A stretch of 64,000 nucleotides of DNA from assembly GCA_973895155.1 (NCBI GenBank), contig OZ316892.1:16172357-16236356 (forward strand), written 5' to 3'. This DNA is from Marsupella aquatica. Taxonomy: Eukaryota; Plantae; Marchantiophyta. The notes beneath the pieces are model-generated. The model worked only from the letters and a program-made list of their open reading frames with translations. It was not told the origin of the DNA and did no database searches. This document shows positions 1 to 12,412 of this stretch, piece by piece. The position numbers and the translations under genes were made by a program. The first letter of the stretch is position 1; each line of letters begins with the position of its first letter.

Positions 1-1917
1 AAAAGTCCAAAATTTGAAAACTTTCAACTTTTAGTGGTAAACAGAGTCTAAATTGATCGGAAAGGACCATAAAAAGCAACTTGCAGTATGAAATCCGGAA
101 ATATCCGGATAGCACCCTTTTCAGAACTCTTAAGTAACGGCACCGTTGAGCCATGCGAGAAGGCGTGGGAGAATGAATATTAAAACCATAAGTTTGACTT
201 CCGACCGGAGATCGGAAGTAGGTGATCGAGTTCTTAAGACCACGCCAGACCGAGCATTCCTCACACCACCGAACTGCTGCAGAAATCTTTTGCGAGGAAT
301 CACAGGAGAGAATAGAGCCGAACGAGGCTGCCAATTCGAGGCATTAGTCGTGAGGAACTGGTTACGGGGGAAGTGGGTGATCGTTCGATTGCGTGGGGAA
401 GTGAAGATTTGATTTCAATTTTTGGATTTGATATTTCCGGAATTTTGTGAAAGGAGTTTAATTTGGATTCTTCCTCTCCATCTCCTAAATATGGTGAAGA
501 GAAAGGACCCGGATTTTGCCCTGAACAAATCCGGAATCCGGACGCTACCGAAGCGGACGACCAAGGAGCGGACAGTGATTGTGAATGAAAAGCCACTGCG
601 TCCGAAGATTTCCATGGATTTGGCACGGAAGGGCCGTTTACAGAAGTTTGTGAAAGGAGTTTAATTTGGATTTTGATTGGAACTACTCATATGGACTCTA
701 GGTAGCATTGAACTCCTGCTGTTCCAATAGTCGAAATGGAATGTTTCCTTTCCATGAGTAATTATCTAAATTTGATTAAGAAGTTATCAATTTGACAATC
801 TAGAAATCCTTGTGTGAGAAGATACCAATTCAGGCATTCTAGTACCGTCATCACTTGTTGACCAGAAAGTATTCTTGGTTTGATATCTAGATCTCCATAT
901 AGATTTCTAGTTAATGTTTGATGTCTATTCTAATTCGACCATGTTATGAGCTCTTTGCCTTCTAAATCTTAAAAATCCAGAATCCTGTTGATTTATTGGG
1001 GATCGTCATTTTCCATCATCTCTTCTCATGAGTCAATTGATAAGACATTCTTACTAGTCCTTTTCCATGCCTTTCTTTAATTAGTAGTTTTTGTGCATTG
1101 ATTACTATCAATCCTCTGGAGAGAGAACTCCTTGGCGAGGTTATGCCGAATCAACATCTTAATTGTTCTTTTCAGTACCAATTTGCTTTTCATTAACTCT
1201 TACAGGGAACGAATTCAGGTCTTTAGAGGTTAAAGTGTTCTTTAACCATTTGACCACTCTACCACACCCTATAGGTGCTAGGTAGTCCCTAGACCACACA
1301 TAAAAGTCACAAAGTCAAGTGGGGTCTTAACCTAGGAGTTGTAAGTATTTTGGCAAAACTTAAAGTTACCAAATAGCGGGTCTCGGGAAAAATAGCTGAT
1401 GGGAAAAGGTAGGGATTCCAAGTTGCAAAGTAGGTTAAATATGGTCCACTCTATCCCTGGAAACTTGTGGAAGAACTTGGTTACCTTTGGTTACTTTTTG
1501 GGAGCATCTCAAAGTTGAGAAGAATTTTGGAAAACATAAGAATTAACCCTCTTTACCTAATTTTAGAAAATTGGTTATAGGGTTTTGTTTAGATCTTAGT
1601 AAACCAGTACATAGCCCTATGTCCAGAAAATCTATGGATCTACTCAAAAGTACTTTTGGCCTTATGGGTGATTTTTGGTGGTGGGTACAATATGGGTCAG
1701 GGAATTATATTTTTTCCAAAATAACAAAATCCGACAAAGTGTAAAAACGCATTGACGAGGCTACCACAAGGCAGGAATAAGTCAAGCACAAGGGCGGTTG
1801 GGAGATGGTTGAATAGACCAGGCAATCACAAGGTGAAGGAGCTTGAGTGGGAGTGGTAGTTAGTTGGACTTTTGTTGTAGTGTGACTTTGGTAGTTAGGA
1901 GGACTTTGGTGATTGGA

Positions 1918-2010
1918 CCTTGGTCCTCTACCTTGGTCCTTGGTGGGCTACCTTGGTCCTTGGTCCTTGGTGGGCTACTTTGGTCTTTGGTCCTTGGTGG
2001 GCTACCTTGG
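1918..2010. repeat. Short tandem array of CCTTGGT / CCTTGGTGGGCTA units
   Basis: Visible in sequence: ccttggtccttggtgggcta repeated about 3 times with variants. Confidence 0.85.
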
Positions 2011-3076
2011 TGTGGTGTGGAAGGAGAATAGTATATAAGGAGAAAATTTTCCTTTGTTAGGGACCAGAGTTCTCAATTCTCAAAGTAGAGGCTCTACCTT
2101 GCTAAGTTGGGGCTAAGCTTGAGAAGGAGGTGAGGTCCATACTTAGTGTGAGGATATTGTAGAAGATCCTTTGTTGTAAGGATTGAGTATGCAATGAAAG
2201 GAGTCTTCTCACTCTTCAATGTGACCATTAAGGGTGAGGGAATTTGAAATGTATGAGGGCAAGAGAAGAGTCCATGTTAGGGTGCAATCTTAGTCTAAGC
2301 TTGAAGGGGATGTGCTGGTACACAACCAAGGCCAGGGAGGCAAGGTATTGTATTTTGATGGTGGAAAGTACTTTGTCTTTTGTGAGAACAAGAGGAAGAG
2401 TCCTTAGAAAGAAGAGTTGTTTCTAAGAGCTTAAAGGGGATGTGTGGACCCAAACCAAGGTAGGGGGCAAGGTTGAGGGATAATGTCACTATTTTGAGGG
2501 TCTTGAGGAGACTTAAGCATGAAGAGAAAAGTACTTTGGGTTCTTGGATGTTTGTGTGAGAATCTACTCTAAGGTGACAGCTTGGAGTGGAGATCCCCTT
2601 TGCTAATCCTTGGAGTATAGGAGAAAGGAAGGGTGTGAGTGCAAAAGTAGTCAAGGGGACTACCTCTCTAGAAGTGGAGAGTTTAAACTACTTATGTATG
2701 GTGTGATTAGACATTGCAAGCATATTTTAGAAGTTTTGTCAATCCTTTATGACCTGGTATGATATGGAGCAGGTATTAGGTAGTTTTTTGGGGAGAAAAG
2801 CCACTTAAGCTCCTTGACAAGTGTTTGACAAAAAGGATGTGGCTGAATTGTAAGGGAGCAATTCTCAACCACAACCCTCCGCTAAGTTTGTATGACATGA
2901 ATAGTTCAATTGGGAGTTCAATGTGGCATTGAAATTGTGACTGTATTCTCATATTGGAATGTTGCAGAACCACAAAAATTTCAAAGAAACAAAAGGAGTA
3001 CGCAAGAAGGGTGACCAGCACTATCTCTGGGCCTGTGCGTCGGAGTGAAAGGTTGAGCAAGAAGGTCGTACCTACA

Positions 3077-6000
3077 ATGGCAGAATGTGGAGATGACATG
3101 GATCCTACACAGGTGGGTGCAGACACCAGACAAGAAGATACAGATGATGAGTATTTTCCAGAGGAAATGGATGAGGATGGGGGTTATGAAGATGAATACA
3201 TTGCAGAGCAGCCCCAAAAGAAACAGGTAAGTAGTTTTCCCGACAAGGAACTGAGTTAAACTGTCTTGTTTACAGGTTTGATATCTTCACTACACATATG
3301 TACCTTGCTTAGTTTGTGACATTGTAGTTGGTGATGTGATGCAGGGTCCTGTCAATTTTGCTTTGCCTGCAAAGCCTGTGCATGCACCATACCAACAGGG
3401 GGGCTGACCTCTAATCAAGGTTGGCGAGGTGGTAGTGGTAGATCCCAGGTTGGTGCCCAATACTATGGCAAGGGGCAAAGTCAAGGTTATGCCCGTGGTA
3501 GGGGCAGAGCAGGTCCAAACCACAGTCTCGTGGGTGTGGACGTCCACCTCAACCATGGGGAGGTAAGTATATCTATAATTATGCTAGTTCTTTGTTAAGG
3601 CATGGCACTTGTGAAGTTCAGACTACATATGAATTTTTGACATTGTTTGGAATGTATTGGATTCATACAACATGAAATTCTGTCCACCTTCCATTGCATG
3701 CAGATTCTGCCCAACCTGATTGGGCAAATGCTGGTAATGATAAGTTTCAATGTCCATAAGGACATACATGGGTTGAACCAGGTTGGGAGGATGGTGGTGG
3801 GTCCTGGAATCAACAAGGTTGGGAAGGTGGTGAAGGTAATTGGCAGGGATTTCAAAATACAGTACCTACAAACGTTGGAAGAGGGGCAGGTAATGTCTGA
3901 AGTAGTTGCAATGGAAGAACTCATTCCATCTGTAGTCTATTCATGTGGGTATATTTTGAACATGTACAATGATAGCAAATGTATGTGTGCAGGTTGGACA
4001 GTTGAACCGTCTACTCAAGTATTCACTAATGCCCCTATGCAGATGCAACACGGAAGGGGGGCAGGTATGTCAGTGAATGTTCACTTGTTTTCCTATAGTT
4101 TGTACTTAGTTTTCAGTACATATGTTTTCACATGCATACCTAAAAGTGACAACATCCGGCCCCTGTACTAGGCTCGACAGGTGGTCCAGGGTCGCAACAA
4201 TTTCAGAGTGCAGTCCCTACACAAATGTCTATAGGCAGAGCTATAGGTATATATGTTTCAAGAATTTTTGTTGAAGTGAAGCATTGAATGCTGCCGACAT
4301 TTAATCTGGTGTACATGTAGTTCTCAAGCATGAATGGCATTGTATTTTCCCAGGTGACTTCAGAACCCCAAGTAGGGTGAATCAGGGGGTGCCCATTACA
4401 CCGCCTAGTACTACCAAGAGCAGTGCACAAGGGGAGGTGACAAAGAAAGAGAATGTAAAGTTGAATGAGAGACAATGGGTGGATGTTGAGTGTCCTTGCA
4501 AAAACCGATGGCATGCTAATTTGAAAGCTGAAGTATTGCGCTGGTTAGATGTGAGTGTTATTAATTTTAAAAAACAACATGCAAAAGATTGGAAGACTGT
4601 ATGTGAAAATGTTGCTGCCAAATGGAATTATGTGGGCAGTGATGATGGTGTGGACATAGGTTGCCTATAAAGTACAGTAGGTAAAATCATCAAGCAAAAG
4701 AGATGGAGAATGCATAAGGCTTGGAAGGAAGGTGGGGAGAAGCTAGATATGCCTCCACCAGAAAGTTGTGATGATAAAGTGTGGGCAAGGTTAGTAGCTT
4801 ATTTTGTGATAGATGCTGCAAAAAAGAAGAGTTCACAGATGACCGAGGCCAGATTGAGTGTTCAGAACCCTAATCTGACAGGAAGGACCGGTACTGCACC
4901 GATAACAAAATGCTTGGTAAGAATCAATGGCTATGTAATTCATCCTACACTATGTCCTGTTCACTTTGTTTTCAAGTGTACATTCATTGGAAAATGATAA
5001 CCTGTGTTTGTCATGCATGTGCAGAAAGCCCAATTGGGGCAAAGCCCTTCAAAAGAAGAATTGAGGGCTGAAATTGTGAACAATAGGGCATGTGAGGCAT
5101 CTGAATCCTCCAAGCACATAAGTTAAATGAGTTCTGATTGGTAATTGAATGACCTGCATTGAATTTGAGGTGTACACATATCATTGATTGTGCATATATT
5201 GCCCAACATTTCATATGGAGTGATTCACTATTGCCCTGCGTCATGTAGGGAGGTGGATCTTCACTTACGGAGATAAGTGATCGTTTGAAGGCTGTGGAAA
5301 CTTGTCTTCCAGAGATCAATGAATGTTTGAATTCATTGACTGACTTGTTTCATGTGAACTTCAAGACATTAATGGAAGCCGTTGTGTCGGTGAGAGATAA
5401 AATTGATTCCAATTTTGCAGGAGTTTCACCATCACCACTTGAGGTGGCAAAGTCTATGCACTCTTCTGGCATGCCAACGACATCTAGGCTTGAAGGTAAG
5501 GCCCTTATAACTTTGTGGGATATGATTATAAAATCTATTGTTTGTATGGTTGTTGTGCCCATAGAGAACAAGACAGATGTTGCAGAGAAGAAGTATGATC
5601 ACCTGGCAAAGAGTTGCTGCAATTTAGAGGCAACAAAGTTGTAGTTTGTACATGCAACTAATTTGACAGAGGGCAGTCAACCATGTTTGGTTGAGGATGA
5701 GATTGGCAAGGGATTGGATGATATCAATGTTGGGGCAAAGGAGGATATCAGCAAGCGTGACAATGATACTATTGAGCCAGATTCATGTGATGTGGAACAA
5801 GGTTTGTGCTATGTAGATCTTGATCCCATTGCAGAGATAAATGATTTGCAAAATGTGTCGATCATTGTCAATGACAGGTTTGCCTCTTGTTGCAATAAAT
5901 CCAGTCGAAGAGTTAGTTGGTATGACACTCCCAGGTGAGGAACTTGCTACTATGACACACGAAATAGAGGAACCTACTGAGCCTAGCTTCACTACTGTGA

Positions 6001-6357
6001 AGAGAGGGAGCAAGTCTGCTGGGAGCAAAGCCACGTCAAAGGTTTCATACACCCCTCCAAGATCAGTGCTGGTAGAAACATCTAAGGTGGAAGTCGGGAA
6101 GGTACCTAATGCAGAGGGACAAAGTGGCTTGTTAGTTGTTGATGAAAGTAGAATTTGGTAGAGTGCAAGTTGGTTCTACAACGTTCTATGGCAAGAGGAT
6201 CCCACCAGGTTATTCAGTAGTGTTAATCATGTTACTAGTGAAACCTAAAGCTGTCCTTCCCATTCCAAACACAAATGATGATCCTCCTCAGAAGACACTT
6301 GGAGATGCTGCAAGTTCTTTGGTATTATGGCCAAGCAAGTACATAGAGGATCCATAA
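3077..6357 (+). pseudogene. Intron-containing TnpA/Ptta (En/Spm plant transposase-associated) gene, decayed
   Basis: KVWARLVAYFVIDAAKKKSSQMTEARLSVQNPNLTGRTG (~4770-4890) resembles the Ptta/En/Spm family. The C-terminal block GKRIPPGYSVV...LPIPNTNDDPPQKTLGDAASSLVLWP is typical of CACTA TnpA/TNP1-like proteins. GT..AG introns are present (e.g. donor at ~3227), and there is a premature TAA at 4668-4670 inside an exon. Confidence 0.7.
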
Positions 6358-6929
6358 CTTTCATTCAGATCATTATTTGTTTGTAGGGTGAGTCATGCTT
6401 TGTAGATTAAAGAATTCAAGAAGCAATGCGCAATCATGTTTGATAATTGATAGTATCATGCATTTGCTTTCACTTGTTTCAAACAATTATCAGTTTAGAA
6501 GTTCTTGTTTTCTCTGAATCACATTGATGACATTGTAAATTGTGCGATTGTAATTGAATTCATCATCATCTTTTAGCAATATTGTGATTCTCTTGAAATC
6601 CTGTGAATGAGTTTTGTGGAGGATTTGCTTATATCATGCTTAGTTTCATGTGGTTGTCATTCATGATGCTGTGTCTATTTCTTGTGTTCAATGTGTTATA
6701 CTTCTAAAGTGATGATGAATGTGAGTGTCTATATGTATTGCAATGTGGAGTGCTCATGAATTGACAATCTCTCTTTATGAACTGTTACATAATTCTTACC
6801 TTCCATTATTGGATTAGTCATGGTTGCAACTTCCCCACATTCCATCTAAATTGTATTAGTTATAAACATGACTATGTATGGACCCAAATGGTTGTGTTGT
6901 GAAACCCGGACCAGAGACTATCGTGGTCT

Positions 6930-7264
6930 ATTATGTGACACTACATAGTCACATGTTAGTTGTTGTTAACAAGGTTCTAAGTGCAACTAAATCATGAACA
7001 TGACTTATTTTGTGACTAATTAAAGTCATATTACAATCACGTATCAATAAGGCTAGACTCCATGATGGAGTCATGGACCAGTCACAAATGGGTATAAAGA
7101 GAGTCACGAACCTCTGTATCAATAGTGACTTCCATTTTTTGGTCTCAACTTTTGCAACTCCAAGGGTCACAGCTTGGGTCACATCACATTGAATCACAAT
7201 GAAGTCACATAAGCCAAAAGGAGTCACATATTGCGGTCTCAGATTACTTTGAATTCTTCTAGTG
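6930..7264. repeat. CACTA right terminal inverted repeat plus subterminal repeats
   Basis: More than 10 GTCAC/GTGAC-type motifs in both orientations, ending in ...TTCTTCTAGTG. The next 3 bp (GGA) are the predicted target-site duplication. Confidence 0.75.
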
Positions 7265-9953
7265 GGATGAGAACATGGTGATTAAGGAAGTGCAACAACA
7301 CTATGAAAGGCTTTATACGCCTCTAGACGTCACAACGGAGATACGTAATGATAATCTTGCTGCAAGGAGGAGATTATGCCAGAATACGCATTTTGCTCTC
7401 TCGGCTACCAAGATTTGTAGATTGGAGAGACTGCCTACTATGCAAGAGCTCTATGAAACATTGCTTTTGCTTCCCTGTGATAAGGCGCCCGAAGTAGATG
7501 AAATTACTGCTGAGGTCTTGCCAGGATGCTAGGAGTTTATGAAAGTACAGTTTCATGAGATGGTATGTGAATTTTGGAGATCTGGCAATATTGCTTTTGG
7601 GATAAAAGATGGAGTTATTCGGTTTATACCTAAGAAGACAGATAAGCAAAGATTGGGTGACTGGAGAGGTCTAACGATGCTGACCACCACTTATAAGATT
7701 ATTGCCAAGCTTTTGGCTTTACGTCTGAAGATTTATTTGCCAAGAATGATTAGCCCACAGCAAACTGGCTTCATCCCTGGAAGACATATCTTGGAAATTA
7801 TTTCTCTCACTTGGCTTGCAAGTGACTGGATCAATATCACGCAAACCCCTATGCTTTTCTTGCTGTTAGATTTTGAGAAAGCATTCGACATGGTGAATCA
7901 CTCGTATATATGGGAAACCATGAACCTGTTGGGGATAGGATCACACTTCATTTTCCTGGTCAAATCTTTAGTTAGCAACGGTTGCTCTAAAGCTCTAGTG
8001 AACGGCTTGTGGACAGGTGATATTGAGATGAGATGCGGAGTAAGGCAAGGCTGCCCACTCTCTCCTCTACTTTTTGCATTTTCAACGCAGCCTTTCATGG
8101 ACTTTTGCAATGTAGAGATTGCTGCTGGGAGGCTATAGGGTCTGAGAATCAATTCATCACTCGAGATCTACTTTCGACTATTTGCAGACGATTTAGGATT
8201 GTTCATTCCTGCCACAGCTGAAGTGTTTGAACAAGCTAGAAGTGCTATTAATTGCTACAAATGTGCTACTAGAGCTAAACTCAATTTCAAGAAATCAATC
8301 ATGATTCCTCTTGCTATGGACACAATTCCAGTTTGGCTTAGAGCTACGGGCTGTAAGATTAGCATGAAAGGAGCTGTTCAGAGATACCTTGGTGCTCCAT
8401 TTGGAGTGGATCTGCTGGAGTCACAACTGCACAACTTTTGTCTTGATCGTATTGGGGCTAGGCTTTCATCTTGGTCAACTTGATTTCTTTCCTTTACAGG
8501 CCGGCTACTACTGATTAAACATGTCTTACAAGCAATTCCAATATATCATATGATGTTCATACGATCTTCAGGAGCACTGGCCAAGAAGCTGATTAAGCTT
8601 AACAGGACTTTTCTATGGGGCACTAATCCGCTTGGTGGACGTAAGGTCCCACTGGTGGCATGGGAGAAGATTGCTAGACCTAAATTGGATGGAGTACTGG
8701 GCATAAAGGAGTTCAGAAGTCATTCAGATGCACTTTTATGTAAATGGTTCTCAGGAGCACTTGACGATCCACATTCAAAGTGGGCGCAGATGCTGGACGT
8801 CAATCTACAGTTGACTAAATGGAGAAATTACAAGATGGTGAGAAATTACTCATTGACAAATAAATTACTATTGAGCACTCCACGCTCTTTTGGTAAATTA
8901 ACATACACTAGCAAGCTTTGGAAGGCATGGGAACTTGCCAGAGCACACCTGATACTTTACCTTGACACAAGCATCATCCCAGGTAATTGGGGATTTGAAG
9001 ATCTGGTAAGGAGTATGCAAGGCTTTCACCAATTACCCGAGGGAAGCATTATGGAGATAATAAGAACCTATGGCAGGATGGGACTTTGAAAAGTAAGCGA
9101 TTTGTGGTCTATTAGGTTGAATGACTGGAAGGATATTTCAGGGAAGCTACAACGTTTGAGAGGCCTAAGCGATACAGGAAGGACCCTTTGCTTGTCCTTG
9201 CATTCAAAGATTTGATGCATGACAGTGGGAACAGGGGAACGGGATGCTGATCCAAGATTGTGGAGATGGAGTGACACCAAAGCGGCAATGAGACATTTTG
9301 GTTTATCAAATATGAGAGTATACAAAATGCTACGACCCAAGGGCTTGGATTGGGAACGACTAAATCATATATGGCAGGTGAAACTGAGTGAGAAGGAATG
9401 GAGCAGAGTATGGAAAGGGATATGGTCATCCGACCTGTCCACACGAGCGAAAGTATTTATCTGGCGCATTGTGGCTCAAGGATTATTCACTGGATCTAGA
9501 GCGTTAAGAATTGGGATATCTAACGGTTGCTGTACCCTTTGCTCTCGAAGGATGGAAACTATCCCTCATCTGTTTTGTCACTGCAGTCATGCTCTTGGGG
9601 TCTGGGCTGAGATCAAAAGTTGGATGCAGGGAGAACTTATTGGGAACTTTGCAAGTTTTATCGATTTGCTGGGTTCAATGCAAGGCAGCCTTTCTATACA
9701 CTCACTGCGAGCCTTCATAATCTACCAGGTTTTGTGGAGCATATGGAACGCTCGGAATACACAGGTTTTTGAATTGACTCGCAACAGAGTCTTTGACCCA
9801 TTAAAAGCCATTTCGGAAACAATGGACCATCTCACTGGTGTAGTTTCGGCCACCTTTCCATCTTCGGGAAGGAAACTATATAGGTTGACCAAAGCTTTGA
9901 CTCTTTTAGAGAGAGAACGGATAGTGCTTATCAAGAAGGGACCTCAAACCTGA
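7265..9953 (+). mobile_element. L1-type LINE ORF2 (linker, reverse transcriptase, zf-RVT), 5'-interrupted by the CACTA; inactivated by nonsense codons
   Basis: ORF pieces at 7275, 7539, 8199, 8550 and 9219 are all in one frame. Motifs: IPKK, WRGLTML, QTGFIPGR, LDFEKAFD, VRQGCPLSP, LFADD (~8178-8195), YLG, and CxxC...HLFCHC. There are five in-frame stops. Confidence 0.95.
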
Positions 9954-10264
9954 TAAGGATTTAGAAGAGTACTTATAGGTGAAGAGGCGGAACTACTTTT
10001 ATATACATATTAAATTGGTAATATTGCGCTAAGGACTTGCAGCTCTGATTCTAGTGGAATATTTTAGACACTTGGAGGTGGGAAGTAATTCCCCGCTACT
10101 AGGATCTGCACTACTTTTGAAGTGCATTGTCACATACCTTCCCTTGTTGCTTGCCCCTTAGGGTCGTTCTTTTTGCCTGTTTTGGCCTGCTGGTTGCCCT
10201 CTCCGCGGGGTTCAAGCGGAATAAATGGAAATTTAAAAAAGAAAAGAAAAAAGTTGTGTGACAA

Positions 10265-10767
10265 TTTTTGCTTACACATTGGAGAAATCGTGTTTCTACC
10301 ATTCCTATTGATCGTTTGTGAATTATGTTGAGCATTACGGCCACAAGACACCGAAGGACAACACTCATCTGTTGGTGGAAGAGCGCTTGTCATTTCGGTG
10401 GAAAGAACGCACGAAACGGATGAGTCATCACTTCACATGAAGGTTTTGTAGTTTTTATTTATTTAAGTAAGCTACAGTGTGAGGGGGAGAACAACGATTG
10501 TTTCTTCAACATAAAGGGCATTTGGCGTCAACTTGTGTTCAGAGTAAGCTTCAGCTGAAGCATGGAGGAACGCGAAGAATTCAAGTCGGGAAGCAAGCGT
10601 TGCGGACAAGCGATGACGGCGTAATCAAAGAAATCAATTTGCAACGCCTAAGTTTGTGACGGTGACCGGATTGTGACATCTCTTAATTGGGAAAGAACTT
10701 TCAATGAACCTCAGATTGACAAATTTTGTCAAGTCCCAAATGAGTTTTTGAATTTTTCTGCCTTTCC
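10265..10767 (+). repeat. Interspersed repeat, copy 1 (~500 bp)
   Basis: Colinear, diverged match to 62324-62822, with shared blocks such as gaaggacaacactca, catcacttcacatgaagg and gtaatcaaagaaatcaatttgcaacg. Confidence 0.9.
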
Positions 10768-11660
10768 AATGAATGTGAAAATAAAAAAATTTGATCATGA
10801 GTTCATGAATTCTTTTAGTTTTTCAACATTGAGCCTGACATTGACAAATTTTATATCAGATTTTGTCACCTTACTAAAGAGATAATGAGTTTTTCAATCT
10901 CTCTAGTTTTCTAATATGTGTGACATTAAAAATATTAGTAAAAAATGAGAGATATCATGAGTATCCAAATTTCTCTAACTTTCTAATGAACATTGATAGA
11001 TTTTTAATTTATTCTAACTTTCCAATGGGTGTGACAAATGTTGAGAGATTTTATCAAGATAACACTAAAGAGGTCATGAGTTTCTAAATTTTGATCTTGA
11101 GCTTTACAATGAATCAAACATTGATATATTTCATCAAGTACTACAAAGATTTATTATTTAGTTTTACAATGTATAATAAAAAAGGTTTGAATTATTTACA
11201 TTTTTATTGATTGGTTTTTTTAAACTTGCGAATAATTAAAAATATAAAAAATTTAATATAAAACATTTATATATCATTGATAGATATCAGAATGATAATT
11301 TTATTTTACTAAATGATATCTTGTCCTTTGTATTCTAGTTTTTTTAATGTTTAAAATTTATAACATGATATCTCCAAAATTGCATTATTTTTGCCACAAA
11401 CTTGAATGTGAATTTTTATTAGTATCAAAATTAGCATGTTTGTGACTGGTTGTGCTTATATGACTAGGTCTAGGATCTAGAATTTAGTAAAATAGTCAAA
11501 GTGTGACATTATTTGATTTGTAAAACAAATGAATTTTGTAAGACAATAGTCAAACAGTGTGACATTATTTGAGATTTTGAGATATTTTAGGACTCCAAAA
11601 TCTTTAAAGGCTTGTAAAACAATAGTTACATAGTGTAACATTATTTGACTTGTGTAGTAT
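10713..11660. repeat. AT-rich degenerate repeat array continuing from the interspersed repeat
   Basis: Recurrent ttgacaaatttt / tgagtttt...aattt / tttccaatg and gtgtgacattatttga units. Confidence 0.55.
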
Positions 11661-11894
11661 CATATCATATTAGTGGCACACTAATTGTCATCACCTACTT
11701 GGAGCCTAATCTCAAGAATAGAGAATGTGAGACTAAGTACCCTAAAGAGTAGTACACCCTAAAGAGTAGCTGTGCTGAGGAAGCCAGGTTTTGCAATTCG
11801 AAGGCAGGAAAAAGCTGTGTAACTAGAAAACAACAATCCGTGGGACTGCTTATTACAGATGCTCCTGTGTGAATGTAAACACTCGTGTAAGGGA

Positions 11895-12085
11895 TGGCGG
11901 TACAACCAGGACGCATGCATTAGTGACCAGTACCCATGCATTAGTGAACCGTACCCCATGGGAATGACTACAGGACTTACAAATCCTAGATCCTAGACCC
12001 TGGCGGTACAACCAGGACGCATGCATTAGTGACCAGCACCCCATGGGAATGACTACAGTACTTACAAATCCTAGATCCTAGACCC
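11895..12085. repeat. Tandem duplication (106-nt and 85-nt copies) downstream of the VPS26C stop codon
   Basis: tggcggtacaaccaggacgcatgcattagtgaccag...cttacaaatcctagatcctagaccc occurs twice; copy 1 carries an extra internal ~21-nt duplication. Confidence 0.95.
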
Positions 12086-12412
12086 AGCTTCTGCAGCGAG
12101 GCAACCATAAAGGCTAATTCACATGGAATTAACTACTTTATTCGATTATCTACGGTCTGGGTAACCTCACTCCACATCTCTTTCCTGGGCCACAAATTTT
12201 TCCCTAGTAATTATTGCATAAAATCCTCATTACTGTTCTGTAGTCCAAAGAATAATTTGTGAACAGTCACCAATGGTCTGATACATGAGTTCCAACTACT
12301 TCAAGTGACACTTCTGTAATATTAAGCTTTGATTTGCGAGTGATATCTCTCCTCCCGTGCTGCATATACTATACACAAAGTTTCCACCTAATGCCCTTCA
12401 TGACCTCCAAAA

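Larger units (their letters stand above)
1..7264 (+). mobile_element. CACTA (En/Spm) DNA transposon, right-hand portion; left end not seen in the window
   Basis: Ends in GAATTCTTCTAGTG (7251-7264), the reverse complement of CACTAGAAGAATTC, a CACTA-type terminal inverted repeat. It is preceded by dense GTCACA/TGTGAC subterminal motifs (~6930-7230) and contains a Ptta/TnpA-like gene. The interior is strongly CpG-depleted. Whether 1-2900 belongs to the same element is inferred. Confidence 0.72.

Noticed and set aside
10109-11685. CACTA at 10109 and TAGTG-gca-CACTA at 11671-11683 as ends of a second CACTA element
   Set aside because: The putative terminal repeats do not match beyond 5 bp, and the flanking triplets (CTG versus GCA) are not a target-site duplication.
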